Assembly (NCBI RefSeq): GCF_009914755.1
Contig: NC_060927.1
DNA length: 64,000 nucleotides
Reading direction: 5' to 3' (one strand)
From: the human T2T-CHM13v2.0 reference genome, Homo sapiens
Position numbers and translations under genes: made by a program. Under the pieces are notes generated by a model. It saw nothing but the letters and a program-made list of their open reading frames with translations, made no database searches and was not told the origin of the DNA. Of the stretch, positions 1 to 14,450 are shown piece by piece (the first letter of the stretch is position 1; each line of letters starts with the position of its first letter).

Positions 1-658
1 TAGAATTATGGACTCTGGGCCTGGGTATACTTCATGTTCATACACTCATGGCCTTTCCCTTTCCTGTTCTTCTTCACTTTCCTGTGAGTTAAATAATAAT
101 GTTGGGTGTCCTGTAAGTGAGTAAAATAATGATGTTGAGGTGTCTAGGCTCACACCATGGTCCTGTTGACTCATTGGGTGCAGTTACAGCTCTGTTTCTC
201 CTCTTTTTTTTTGCTCCAGTCATCCCTGCCGTGTCTGGGGAGGGAAGACATCCAAGAGGCACAATGGGAGAAGGTGACCTTGAGTTAATGGAATCTGAGT
301 TCTCTGAAAGAGAACATATTGCTCGCAAAGCTGGTACAGGCTGTATTCAGCACTGAGGCCTGCCACCTTTCTTCAAGTGTTGTTTGATTCTTATTTTTTC
401 ACACCAGAGAAATGCCTAGCACCTCTTCACATAAAGCAGGTCAATTTAGACAACAGGTAACCCTTCCATGCCTTTTGTACATGTCTGCCATAGTGGACAA
501 TGGGTGGATAAATCTTTACAGAAAAAAAAAATTGCAGGAGAGAGTAATAAATTCATAACTTTCATAAGCAAATATTTATTGATTGTGTTCTCTGTGATGG
601 ATACTGCTGTAAATATTGGTGACAGAGCAGAAAAGAAAATAGACAAAATTAATACCTA

Positions 659-895
659 GCTTTTATTGAGTGATTTTGTATGTGCTAGTCACTGTGCCGA
701 GGATTAAATATATTTACGTTACTAATCTTCACAAACTTATGGGGTAGATACCACTAACACTCATTTATGCTCGAGGAAACCAAGACTGAAGGAAGTTAAA
801 TAACTTGTTCAGGGACATAGAGCTAGTGAGCGATGGAGGTGGGATTTGAACTCATCAAGTCTGACTTGCATGATAAACACCACGCTACAGCCTCC
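659..895 (-). mobile_element. MIR SINE (old, diverged)
   Basis: Reverse-complement MIR core: ttttattgag..tgtgctagtcactgtg..gaggaaaccaagactgaaggaagttaaataacttgttcagggacatagagctagtgag..gggatttgaactc. Confidence 0.7.
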
Positions 896-3211
896 ATCAG
901 AGCTGTAAAATAGAAAAGAACTGTTATAAAGCCCAAACAAATATCTGTGACTAAGTAGACACATAGAATCATGTTTCAAATAATTCATATTATAGATGAA
1001 TGTATATTTGTGTGTGTTTGTGTGTATATATAATGACTCTCCAGGAATCAAACTCTTTTTTTCCTTTAAAAGCTCTGTAATAACCTGTTGGTGTAATATT
1101 TAGTGCATCCTGCAAAGTATATTTGTTTGCTAAACAACTCTGAGTGGCATTTTATTTAGCAGTAAAATGGAAGATTTTATCCATCCATAGGATAATTCAA
1201 ATGTAGTCAGGTACATTGAGTGCTCAATGCAGTGCCCAACACATGGCATGTTGTCAATTAAAGTTAGCTCCCTTCCTGGTGGCCATTATTTTTCAGTATA
1301 GACATATTGTTTTCCTCTGCTATATTGTGTGCACACCCCTTATGAATAAGAACCATGTCTTATTCATTTCAATTATTTGAAATCATCCTGACACTTCTGT
1401 CCTCCTTTATCATGCCCACACCCCTCCTCCTCTGCCTGTTCTAGATGGTGAGCTAATCTGTAGAAGTTGATTCCCCCCACCCCGTGATTCCAAATACTAC
1501 TTGACCACATTTTTCATTTAATATGATTTGGTGGAAATAGTCTATTTTCTCAAAATCCCAAAGATTAGCCTTATGCCCTTAAATGTAGAATTGCCCTGGC
1601 TTGATTATTTTCATCATTAAGGACACTTCCTAAAAATCTATTTTGATCCCTAGATTTTCTGACCACCCCCCCATCACCCACATGAAATGCAGTGCTACCT
1701 CACGTTCTTCTCTCTTTGCTGTGGGGGCCAAATTTCTCTCATACTTGAGCCAGGAAGCATAGCCAAGGTTTGAGGGTCATTTCCATGACCTGCCAACTCT
1801 CAATGTTTTCCAGGTTTGCCTTCCTGACCCTTGGGGGATCTTTTTTGGGAGTTAAATGGCCAAATGTTAAATTTTACTACCTGCAGCTGGTGGGCGTATT
1901 CATAATGATAAACCAAATGTCTCTTCACTTTTCTGAACATTTAAAGAATAATCCTCTGTCTTCCTTTTGTGCTTTCCTTTCTTCTGTGAAAGTAAAGACG
2001 GAGCTTGTCAAGAGGAATAGGCAGCAGCTTCCAAAGCTGAGACACCCTGGGCCTTCAGGAACATGAGCTTTGCCTAGTAGGAACTCACATTGTCTTACGA
2101 ATTCTGATAAGGCCTTTCCATTTGAAAAACCTGGGAACCAAGTTTCTCTTTTTTTTTTTTTTTTTTAACTTAAAAGAAACTTGTTATTTTTTAGTTTTTG
2201 ACACTCTACAATTCACAAACTTCTATAGTTTGTCACTGCAGCCAGCTCACCTAGATAGGGCCATGGTAGATAGGTTTTGAGATAAACTGAGGCTGGATTT
2301 TTCAGAGATCTGTTTTCTCCCATTCAGAAAAGATGTACACCCTTGACCTTGAGTTGTCTTAAACTGTGAATAAAATGCAGCTGTTCTCAAATATTTCCTA
2401 GTGCCACCCCTTCATGAGTGTGAAGAGTTTTCTGACATTAAAACAAACAAAAAGTAAGATACAGCATTTGGGTGCTTAGAAGAGTCTCAACATTTAAAGA
2501 CTTGAAAATAAAAATGGAGTACATTGAGAAAGTCTTAAAAGAAAAATGATATTCATTTGTATCCTCTTTTAAATCTCCTACTCTCATTCATCAGGTTATG
2601 GTGACTGATGGACGATCATGTCTTTTCTGTCCAATTTAATCTAAGAGCCATTCCAGATGGCAACTTATGCATTTTAGACTTTAAAGCAACTCATGATTAA
2701 ACATACAATCGGTCAGTTGTACCATGGGAACTGTAATCCTATGAATCAAAGAATGCGTTCATTCTTTTACCTTTCTTCCTTCTGCAAGCAATTCTTGAGG
2801 CCCTAGTATAAGGACACATAATAAACCTGAGGATTTGGACAAGGCATGAAGAACCTCAATATAAGTTTATATGGGAAACCGTGGAGCCCTATGACATTGC
2901 CGTGAACCTCTCTTTAAGGCAAAGGAATTAGAACTGGATTTCTACTGGCCCACAACTCCTTCCTTGAGGAGAGTCATCAAGCAGGTGAGAAGACATCCTG
3001 TCTTTGAATGTGAAGTCAGCTGCTATGATAGGGCCTCTGTTGCAGGCAGCAATTACTGTTCTGTCCTCTGCCACTCATATTCCAAAACTACTTATTATTT
3101 TTTTTTTAAGTAATTAAAAGTTTCAAACAAGAAGAGGAGCATGGGTAGATTTGGTCATGGCTTGACACCAAATAATGTGAAGAATAGAGGATTTTAAAAA
3201 ATGAGAGAATG

Positions 3212-3595
<384 letters not shown>

Positions 3596-4008
3596 TCATA
3601 TTATCAGAAACAAGGAGTCAGAGTTAAAAAAAATTGGCTTGATCTCTCCCCCTGTAGAAAGGAAAGGAATGAAGTCTGCTGGTCATGGAATAATAACTTG
3701 TGACTTAGTTGTCCCTGTTAGTTTAAAATAAGTGTGGCTTTTCTTGACAACCGAAGAAAAAGAAAAGAATAGGATAACAGTATTATTTGCTTCATTTCTC
3801 TATGTGTCCTAAAACTTAATCCCGTGAGGTTAAGAACATTAGAGAAAAGTCTTATACAAATGGTGCTGTCAGAACAAATTTTGGCAGATCCTAAAGTACA
3901 GTATTTTCAAAGAAAAAAAGTGTTAGATTTTTTAGCTCAGAAGAAAGAACTACGAAAAAGTTGATAATGAAAATAGTATTAATCTCCATTTATAAGGGGA
4001 ATATTTAA

Positions 4009-4024
4009 TGTGTGTGTATGTGTA

Positions 4025-4063
<39 letters not shown>
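4009..4063. repeat. (TG)n(TA)n microsatellite
   Basis: Read directly from sequence. Confidence 0.95.
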
Positions 4064-4683
4064 GCAACATGCAAACGTGTAATACGTAAGGACTATCCCA
4101 GCTTCTTTTCCAATTTCTGGACCCCTCTAGCAACAGAAAGTAGTGATATTGACCATCAACGAGGAGAACAACGTCGGTAGGGCTTATTTTTTATGTTAAG
4201 AAAAATTAGGCTCTAAAAAATGTGAAGGCTTTATTTGAACACCGAAAAAACCAAGACTGTAGTTTGCAAAAGTGAAATGGCTGGTTTTATGCTTTTAATG
4301 AAGTTTGGAGGCAAACAGTTTATAACCCTGGAAATATTTAATTTGGGAAGGTTTATGTTAAGATAATAAAATAATTAACTTTTTCTCATTAGAAGCGTGC
4401 AGAGCAATAGAGTTACGTGTTCTGGAAAATTACATTCCTGCTCTCTCACTGACTTAACGTGTGTGGATTGATGCAGATCAGATAACTAACTGACAGGCAC
4501 TTTGCAAGTTTACCTTGTTTTAACTAATTGCCAGTTCAGAGTCACTGGAGATTCCATTTTAAATTAATGGCTGTGAGGTATTAAATGCAAACATGTATCT
4601 ATTGAGAAATTAGAAAGAGAATAAGAAACTAAATTTCATTTCATGACAGTGCTCTCAGTTCTTGGTTGCCTGATACATTAAAA

Positions 4684-4911
4684 CAGTGGGCAGCAAACTA
4701 TGGTCCTTACATAAAATCTGGCCCACCGCTTGTTTTTTATAAATAAAATTTTATTGGAACATAGCCACGCCCATTTGTTAAAGTGTTATCTGTGCTGCTC
4801 TCTTATTATTATAAAAGGGAAGAGTTGAATAGTTTCAACAGACACCATAAACCTGCAAAGCCTAAATTATTTATTATCTGGCCCTTCACAGAAAATGTTT
4901 GCTAGCCCCTA
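4684..4911 (+). mobile_element. MER58A hAT-Charlie MITE
   Basis: cagtgggcagcaaactatgg...tatctggcccttcacagaaaatgtttgctagcccct; perfect 8-bp TSD CATTAAAA at 4676-4683 and 4912-4919. Confidence 0.92.
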
Positions 4912-6003
4912 CATTAAAAGGTACCTACTGCACGATAATATTCTGTGGTGGTTCTTAGGCCAAACCTAGTTTTAGCTAGAGGGTGGTCTTCGTGTTCTTA
5001 TTGCCTCCCAATCCAAAGTACACATGTTTAGCAAATAAAACACAACTTTGGCATTTTATTTCAGTCCCTTCTTCTAGTCACTGTGACTCCTAGCACATTT
5101 CTTTGGACATAGCCTGCATGAGTTGATGAAATTCAGGATTAATTTTGGGAACTGATGAAACATGGCTTCATTTGGCATTCCTAGGCTTCACGATTCATGC
5201 TTTCTTTGCCACTGGACTTTATTTAGATAATTTTCTTGGCTCATAATAGCTACAGGGAATTTATAGGAAGATTACATCGTCCGTTCTCTCTTATACCAAA
5301 ATATTGTTAATGTGGTGTGAAAAGAGGAAAATAAATGTTAATTTATTCTTAAAACTAGAATCTTCGTATAGCCAGTCTCCTCTCTGGATAAAGGAGAGGA
5401 CTGACCTAGCTGGCCCCTAAGGTCACTGTATGGTTCTCAAATTTTGAAATTAAGAGGACCGTGGCTGAGAGGGAGTCCTCTTTCAGCAAGAAAAATACAG
5501 AATTCTATCCTAATGAATTAGTAAAGTGGCTTATTTAGTTTTTCACAATGATTTTTGTCTTATTTCCAAACAAATTATATTTTTATTTGGTTGATGCACT
5601 CTCTTTAAGTTAAACATCTAATTATTTTGGTTTCATATCACTCTGGTTTCTTTGCTCCACCACCATATGCAAAATACCTAATTCTGGAAGAGTTTTAGTG
5701 CGCCTGAGTTCTTAGAGTTTCTCCTTTCACTGTTTAATCTCTGACTCATTATACAACAGACACTTTATAGAAAATCTAAAATTAATCAGGACAGTAAATA
5801 TACAAGAAGCCTATTTTTATTTTCTGAAGAATAAGTAGAGTTCTAGATTTTTCAGGGGAAAATGGAGAACACCCTACTTTTTAAACCAACTCAATAGCTA
5901 ACTTCGACTACAAAGAGGAAATAAATGATTGAAAGAAGCAGAGATGACTTGCATTCTGGGAGAAATGAGCAATGCCATCTAAGAGTCCTTCAGGGAACCT
6001 TAG

Positions 6004-6260
6004 GATTCATTTATTTTATTCTTACAGCAAACAGTGAATATTACTAAGCTGGAGACTATGCTAAGTGTTGAAAGTAAAAGATGAAATGCATCAGATCTGT
6101 TCTCAACAAGCTCACAGTTTCATGGGAAGACATGCGTTCCAGGCTGAGAAACTGACAAAGTGATAAGATGGATGCATTTGGAGAATGAATGTGAGGTGGA
6201 AATAGGAGAGGAGGCTTGAAAGAGCAGGCAGAGGCTAGATCTTGAAGGAATAGATAGGCC
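6004..6260 (-). mobile_element. L2 3' fragment
   Basis: attcatttatt..actatgctaagtgttgaaagtaaaagatgaa..ctcaacaagctcacagtt resembles the reverse-complement L2 3' end. Confidence 0.5.
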
Positions 6261-6616
6261 AATCAAAGCAATTATTGTATGTAGAAAACAGTGGGTTTTT
6301 AAGAGTTATGGATCAAATTGAGGGTGAATAGTCGGGAAGACAATATTTAAATAAAGTGTCTGACTGGAGAAAGAAAAATTATCCTTATAATCTCTTAACA
6401 CATTTTTGCTTTAAATATTTATAGTGCCTGAGTAAACTGTACACTTTGTATGAAGTTGTCTTTATGACAATGGCCCAACACAGAGGAAAGAAATATGGAC
6501 ACCTTGTATATACTTACTTGTGGGTCTTCTCTTACCAGAGTCTAAATTTCTTCCTGAGAGTCTTTAGTCCTCTCTTTCACAGATTAAATTCATCCTACAG
6601 GAGCATGACTTTAGTC

Positions 6617-6860
6617 CAGTGGTTCTTGACTTGGGCTAATTTTACCTTCACTTTTCTGGGGACACACTTAGTAGAGTGCAAAGACATTTTTGGTTGTCAT
6701 GCTGTGGTGCAGGGGACACGTAGAGGAAAAGAGTGGTACTGTCACCCAGTGGGTAAAGGCCAGGGAAGCTGCTTAACATCTTACAATGCACAGGACAGTT
6801 GCCCTTAACCGAGAATTATTTGACTCAGAATGATAATAGTGCCAAGATTGAGAAATTCTG
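6617..6860 (+). mobile_element. MER20 hAT-Charlie
   Basis: cagtggttct...agacatttttggttgtca...cagtgggtaaaggccagggaagctgcttaacatcttacaatgcacaggacag...ttgagaaattctg; degenerate 8-bp TSD ctttagtc/ctttagaa. Confidence 0.9.
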
Positions 6861-9276
6861 CTTTAGAATTGTAACTTCTGATTCCATCCTGTTAGCTTTC
6901 CTGTGGATATGGCCCAGGAAATATGAACAAGGGTGAAGGCTTACAGAAGACATGCAGGGCATTTTATAAGATTATGTGAAACTGTAATTCTTTAATAGTA
7001 CAAACTTAATATAGGGTATGTGGTTTAACTCTTCAGTCCCCAGTGGCCTAAAGAAGTGGACCCTGCCTGTCTCCCGAGTCTAACTTGTATTCCATTATGA
7101 TCAGGCAGGTGTGGGGTCTTTTGTTACAGACTTTCATTCATGATTCAACTGAGCCAGTTTTCACTAACAACGTAGTCTCTGGAGAAAAACTCCACTTAAC
7201 TCAGGAAACATCCGTGTTTGGTTGTGAGGTACTTCCCCAATTAAAAAAAAAAATTCACAGGGTCTCTTCTATGCCACATGGCGAGTCTCCCAAATTAGCC
7301 CTGCATCTTTGTGCTCATGGTGTTTTTATGAAAAGATTTCCCCAGATTTCCTTTCCACAGTGTGGAGAAGAAATGGTGCTGACATACATAGAAATTGGAG
7401 AATGTTATTTTTAATGCCCAGAAAAGGAAGAATTGCTGGTATTCTATTTATGTATGTACTTCATGCAATTAATTGCATTTCTGGTCTGCCTCCAGTCAGA
7501 ATGGAGAAACGCTGGGCTGTTATTAAGAATGAAGTAATGAAGACAATGGCGTGATCCCTCATGCAGGACTCATAGGGAAAGCAGTATGAGGGGTGTGAAT
7601 CAGTCTTCCCAAGTTAGACAAATGGCAATGGCAAAGCTGAATCCTGCTACTGTCTACTACCCCATAAAATTAAAAAAAAATGTAAAAAATCTCATAAATT
7701 TTGAGGTAAAAGTTACATTCAGCCCTCCATCTACTAAATAAATGCAAATATATCTTTAGAAGCATTTTTCTTACATCTCTGCATTTTTGCACTCCTTATA
7801 AATGCATTAAAATCATTTTCCCTCACGAAAGAGGCCAGTTCTTAATTTTGGAACCCTGTGGGTGGAACAAATGGTAACCTCCGAGGAGAATGACAGTTTT
7901 TTGCCAACAGGAGACTTTCTGAGATGAGCACACCCCAGGGCGCACTCTCTTATCTGGTTGAAACTCTGCAGAAGACAGCCGTGTGCTACCCTCATCCTCT
8001 GTCTCATTTGCTGTTTTTGTTGTTCTTTTTCTCTTCTTCTTGGAGAGAATAGTAAGTGAATGATTCATAATTTATTTCTCTGCCTCACAGGGCATTTTAA
8101 AAGCAATGACATCATATCTGTTTTCTTCCCATGTAGTCCAGACTGTTACAGACTACCAGAATCTAAGAAGAAAAGATCCTCAGGACTCAACTTGTCCAAC
8201 ACTTCTCACTTTGCATATGAGGAAATCGAGGCTCAGGGGGGCAGTGCCATTTATTCAGGGCCGCAGAATAACAGGCACTAGGAGAATTACAGGCAGACAC
8301 ATTTGGTACCTCAGTGTTCTTCCAGTGCAGCCCCTGGTTCCTATGCCTTGGTGGCAGCATGGCCAGATAGCAAATAAAAACACATGTCATGCTTGGGCAT
8401 ACTCATTCTAAAAAAGGATTCACTGCTTTTCAAAAATGCAAATTTAGCTGGGTATCCTGTATTTTATCTGAAGAAACAGCCTGAGAATGTGGGACCTTGT
8501 GCTTTTCATTAACTTTTCATTAGCATTTGATCACACACATGCTCTTGACTATGGCAAAAGCCTAAAATTTTCTCTTTATATCTGTGGGATTTTGTTGTTG
8601 TTTTGCTTTGATCCCAAAGCTTGAGCATTAGAAATAGGGCAAAAGTTGCAAAAATAATTGAGGGTGTGCAGGAATAGGTTTTCAATTAGACACATTGCAT
8701 TGAGCTGATGAATCCTCTCAATGAATTACCGTTGTATGATTATACTATGTGGTATGTCTCCACAGGCATCCTAAGATATTCTGAATTGTTTGAGGAATTA
8801 TAAAACAGTTATTTCTGCATCATTGAAAAATTTGTAACTCTTCTGTAAAGAACATTAATAATTACTTAATAATGTAAAAGCTATAAAAAGAAAAATTAGT
8901 TAAACCCTAAAGTAATTTACAGTTCATTCATTTATGTTTTCACTTATTCTATAGTCATTTATTCTTTTTTCAACTCCATGCTTATCAGGATAAATATGAT
9001 ATTTTGCCTCTACTGTAAGAAAACTTGCATTCTCAAATTGTTGGAACAGGTCTAATGTGGATGCAGCTTTTGTTAATCTCCAGTGCTTCTAGATTAATCA
9101 AATGTCTGTCCAGAAAAAAAATGATTTACTTCCTCTGTAGCCAAGTGGACACAAATGTTCCATACATCAAAACCTGGTTTATGTTTTTAATGCCTTAGGT
9201 AACGTCTCCAAATTCCAAAGAGTCCAGGCCTAGGAAACAGGAGATGAATCTGTTTGTTGCGTTTTGCTTTTGTTAG

Positions 9277-9500
9277 TTGCATCATGTGGTTAAGACCACA
9301 AACTATGGAGCCAGACGGATAGCTATGATCTTGGGTACCTTACTTAGTTTCCGTGTCTCTTTTCTCATTTGTAAAGTGGAGATAATTAAAGTTTCTCCCT
9401 TATACCACTCTTGTGAGGTTGGAATGAGTTGCTACACTAAAGTTAGCTCTATGCAAGGTTCCTACTCAGCTTGATGTAATCATTAGCTATTAGTATTATT
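9277..9500 (+). mobile_element. MIR SINE
   Basis: gtggttaagaccacaaactatggagccagac..ttctcatttgtaaagtggagataat..tgtgaggttggaatgag..ttagctatta. Confidence 0.75.
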
Positions 9501-9743
9501 TTGTCTCCTCGCTCCTGTTTGCATATCTTACCACCTAGGCTTTTAGATTATCTTTCTTTCCTCTTTCACTTTCAAGGTTTTCTGTGGTCCCAACACTCTC
9601 TTTGACCTTGAATGCTGACTTAAATCCGACAATCATGAATCAACTTTAGCTGATTTTTGAACAGGGGACATAAGCCCAGGCTCAATTCCCGGGATCCTTA
9701 TTCCTTGCTTATATAAGAAAGGCATTTAGAAAAGTTAACTCCT

Positions 9744-10064
<321 letters not shown>

Positions 10065-11249
10065 TCACCACTCTGCCCCCAACTCCTATAAGAGTGGCTA
10101 TGCATGACTGGAATATAACTCATATTTGCTGAATGAAGTAAGAAATATACACTTTTAAGTGCTTAAGATTGAGTCCATATTTTTCATAGACTAGAAGAAG
10201 CTATTACAGCTAATTACATAGATATCATTAGAGAAGAATCTTAGAGTAGGTAATCAAACTCCTTAAGATCCTGAATACAGCATATAAACATGGAAAGACC
10301 CTTGGATCATTTTATTTTCCACTTCATAAAATTGTATGACATCGTTCAAGTGATGGGGTATCCCAAAGTCATTGAGATTCTCATTTCCCTTTGCTACAAG
10401 AAACAGGAACATTGCAAATAATGTTTTTCTTGTATAGGCATTATTGCTCATTTTCTAAAGGAAGCTTGGATTGAATCTTGAATTTTCCTTTCCTATTTAT
10501 CTCATCAGATGCTGCCCTCCAGATCTCTTTGTTGGGCAATATCTCAAAGTTCTTTTTTTTTCTATTAGGCCATTCGTGTTTTAAATTTATTTTTGTTTAT
10601 CCTTTCAATGGCTTCTCTAGATTAATTTAAAATCACAATTATAAAGCTAAAATGTTTTTGACAAAAGTTTCACAAAAAGGTTTTTGGTTTTATTTATTTA
10701 TTTACTTTTCTGGTTTTTGTTAGAATAAAAAAAATAAGGTCAATGACAGTGCACTCTGATAACATCTAAATAAGCTTCTCAAATCTTAGAATTACTGGTA
10801 GTTTCAAGTTAAAATTCAAAACTAGCCCCTGCTTTCTTCCGATTTGATCTTTCCCATTAGCCCCTGGGTAAGTAGAATGTATGCATGTTATAAAGGAATG
10901 TCAGGCAGGTACTTGAATTCATTGTCCAGCCGTGCAAGTGAAGATAAAGCAGTTTTATGTCCTCCTAGCTCCACATAGTTTTGGCATTTTAGTTGATCCT
11001 CCTGATCTAAACCTTGTGAGGCACTATTATCATGCAATGGAAATAACAGTGCATAGGTTAAGAATTCCGTGAGCAACTGAGAGCAATTTATCTTCTTTCC
11101 AAGACACCCAGAGGGCTATCACTATCATTCTTCAGGTCTATAATATTATTCTCCATATATTCTTTGGTGGTGTTTGAACTCAGAACATCCTCTCTTTCTC
11201 CAACTCAGGACAGACGTAATGGCTGCTTATTGGTTATGTCCTAGAGCAC

Positions 11250-11635
11250 TTATGAAGGCACTCACAAACATTGTAGCTCTCCCCTTCCAGGAACATGGTA
11301 GCCTTGTGTTTCCCCATCCCCTTTAAAGTTACATGTGACAGTGTGTCTTGCCTTGGTCAATAATCTGAGATCCAGTTTGTTGTGAAGAGTCCTTCAAAGT
11401 GAGGCATGCTTCTTTACATTTTCTTTTCCCTCTCCTAGACTATTTTTCAATGTTCTAGAAAATGGCTGTTCTGTCAACCTAAATCCTGGAGTGAGATCAA
11501 TGATGACATACAACAGAACTCCCTGCTAGTGATGATGGAAGATTAGCACAAAACGAACATTTGTTGTTTTATACTATTGAGGTTTGAGGATCATTTTTTA
11601 ACCACAATATGATCTACCCTATTCTGACTGATACA
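11250..11635 (+). mobile_element. MaLR solo LTR (MLT1I/J-like)
   Basis: ctccccttccaggaacatggtag..cccctttaaagttacatgtgac..ggctgttctgtcaacctaaatcctggagtgag..ends ctattctgactgataca. Confidence 0.75.
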
Positions 11636-11639
11636 CTTC

Positions 11640-12158
11640 ATTATCATCCATCTGCCTTTTTCTTCTAAGTCGTCCCTGATTATATTTGAGTCTATGTAAT
11701 TTTCCAGAAATTGACCTCTCCCACACTTCAAGGTTGGAGCATGTGACCAAAGCCAAACAAGTGGCATATTTCATCCCCTATAGCAAGAAAAATCCCTTCA
11801 AGGTTGAGCATGTGATATAAGGTCGTCTAGTCAAAATGCATCTCAGGAGATTCATAAAGATGGTTGTGATGCAGCTGCTTCCTCTGTTATTCAGTGTGAA
11901 AAATACCATGCATTTCTGGAGGTTTCTGTTTATCTTCCCAAAATGTCAAAAGGACTACTACACTTTGGGATAAAGTGCACTTTGTAAAAGGTGAAAAAGA
12001 AAAAGAACAAACCAGGTCCTTAGAGACATCATGAGTCAAAGCTTGTCAGAAGTAAATTCTTCTGTTAATTATGTGTGTCAATAAATTACCTTCATTTAAA
12101 ACTCTACTTTGAGCCCATTTTTCTGATGCCTAGAACTACAAAGATTTCTACTGATATA
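11640..12158 (+). mobile_element. Old ERVL-type LTR (LTR33/LTR16-like)
   Basis: Repeated cttcaaggttg(g)agcatgtga motif, ccaggtccttagagacatcatgag, caataaattacc, terminal ctactgatata. Confidence 0.55.
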
Positions 12159-12319
12159 GTGCTTGAGTGTGAGCTCTTTGATATGGTAGGCTTGAAAGGT
12201 ATATGTGGCCATTACCACTGACCTGCAAACGCCGAGCCATGCTCTATTGTGGCTTCTGGGAAGAACCGATGGGTAGGGTGAAGTGAAATACAGCTGGAGA
12301 ATAAATGGCCATTACGCCA

Positions 12320-12490
12320 GAGGCAACATGGTGTACCCGGAAGTTGTATGTTCAAATTCTGTGTCTATCATAAATAAAGCATGTTTTCCTAGCAAAGTTA
12401 TTAGGGCTTTCAGAGTCTCAGCTCCCCGATCTGTACAATAGGGATAATTTGCTACAAGTAATAAATGAGATAACATATACACTTCTAAGT
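12320..12490 (+). mobile_element. MIR fragment
   Basis: gttcaaattctgtgtct..caaagttatt..ctcagctccccgatctgtacaatagggataat..taaatgagataacata. Confidence 0.55.
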
Positions 12491-13699
12491 ATGCAGGATA
12501 AGTTGTTTTTACTCATGAACTTTGAGATCTATCCAGACACAGTGGACACAGCATAGTACTTCCCATTAACCTTAAAAGAGACTTGGTTCTTCTCGGAAGC
12601 CAGATTGTTATACCCTTTCTATGCCAATAGAATGAAGAAACTGTATTACTTGTACCTTAGAGCATATGTAAGGGAGACCCTGGTACCCTTATTACTTTGT
12701 ACCTCAGAATAAGTTGCCCTAAATAAATAAAAGCCTTATTTCATATATTTTATTTATTGGGGATAGAACATGTGTGTCAGGAAACAATTACAAATGCTGG
12801 AAAGACAGCTGAAGTCTAATTTTAAACACAGTATTTCAAAGGAAAAATCCTATTTAACTGCTCAGTCTTGTACATCAAAATCTTGATATCGTCTCTACCA
12901 CTTTTTCACATTGACCAATTTGTCCAACCTTGTTCTGAAGGTCTAAATATAAGGTAGAGAATGCCTAAAGCAATGGTGATTACAAGCATTTTATGAGCAT
13001 TTCTTTCTAATTCTTTTATCTCCCTATACATTAGGTGGCTATTGCTGAGGAGTTCCAAGCAAATAAGGCTTAGATTCTGATAATGTATACCTAAAAAAAA
13101 GAGCTAAACTCATTCCATTGGAAATCAAAGCTGGAAAAAATTGTTTCTCCCACTGTGACCTCCACTGTAAAGTCTTTAATGTGGGGGTGGGGGATGTAAG
13201 GGGAACATAATTGTGTCATAATAGAGTATAACAATTCTATGCTCATTTTAATTAACTTTGCAGTCCCATAGGAGCTATTCAACTCCTCAGAGTCACCAGA
13301 AAATTCTTTAATATTTTAGTTCTGTTTCACAGTAACATGGAGATTGGTTTGCTTACCCCATGGGATCTGAGACATTATACACAAGAGACATAATACTATT
13401 AAAAGTTAATCATTTTGAAACATAACACATTATTGGAAGCAGTGCTATTGTTCTGAAGATTTATTAACTGGTGGGTACGTAGTCATTTATGTGCAGAACC
13501 ATACTGGTTTCTTCTATTTTCTACTAGATATTTCTCATTGTTTTCTCAAAGTTATTATTAGCATGGCTAGAGCTGAATGAAGATTAATTTGAAATCATGG
13601 GATGAAGCATGTTGTCCGGACATCAGTGATCTCCCAAAGATGCATACGTTATGAAAATTTATGAATAAATGCGCTGGTAGGGAGATTTGAGAATCTAAT

Positions 13700-14450
13700 A
13701 GTAAAGAAACAAGATTAAGATTTGGAGCCTTGAGGTTAGAGAGATCTGTATTTGAATCCTGGGCATGCAACTTGAAGTCAGACGCTCTTGGGCAAGCCAC
13801 ACACCTCTCCAAGCTTTGGGTTAGAGTATGTTTTCCACGCTTCTCCTTCTGTGTCTAGAAGAAGCTCCAGAGTCAGGGTCAGTACGCTTTTTCTGTTAAG
13901 GGCTTCTGTATGGAAACCATAGAATCTCTATGGCAACTCTTCAATTCTCCTGTTGTAGTGCAAAAGCAGCCACAGACAACTGTAAACAAATAAGCATCGC
14001 TGAATTCCAATAATGCTTTATTTAGGAGAATTAAATCTTGAATTTCATATTTTTATGTGTCACAATGATATATCTCTTTTGATTTAAAAAAAACTGTTAA
14101 AAATTGTAAAAGTATTCTTAGCTCATGGGTCGTAATAACAGCAGGTGGCAGCAGGTTTATCCCACAGGCCAGAGTTGGCTGACACCTGCTTTAGAAGATT
14201 TTAGACTCCCCTAGTAAAAAGAAGTCTTGGTCACCGAGTTACTACATGGAGGAAAACTGGCCATGATAGAAACGTCTGCCTGGTTTTTCCATGAGAAATA
14301 CATCTGTACTCTATGAAGCCCAAAGTCATGGGTTTTATTTGTTAGAGCTGCTAGGATTACCCTAACTAATACACCACCCCAGAAGAATCTGTGAGGACAA
14401 AAAGGGGATAATGCATAATGGCACTTAGCCCGGTGCCTAGCACATGGTAG
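13700..14450 (+). mobile_element. MIR split by an MLT1-type LTR (~13820-14373), itself split by MER58B
   Basis: MIR 5' half at 13700-13820 and 3' half at ~14375-14450 (tgtgagga..gcacttagcccggtgcctagcacatggtag); MaLR 3' end tttgttagagctgctaggattaccctaactaataca. Confidence 0.55.
13874..14188 (-). mobile_element. MER58B hAT-Charlie
   Basis: cagggtcagtacgctttttctgttaaggg...gcaaaagcagccacagacaa...caggccagagttggctgacacctg with CAG...CTG termini. Confidence 0.85.

Noticed and set aside
84-144. Degenerate ~33-bp period duplication (gtgagt.aaataat.atgttg.ggtgtc)
   Set aside because: Only two diverged copies; an ordinary old slippage event with no functional clue
8052-8090. GTAAGT donor followed by a strong acceptor (tttatttctctgcctcacag)
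   Set aside because: Only 39 nt apart, too short for a human intron, and no supported partner sites
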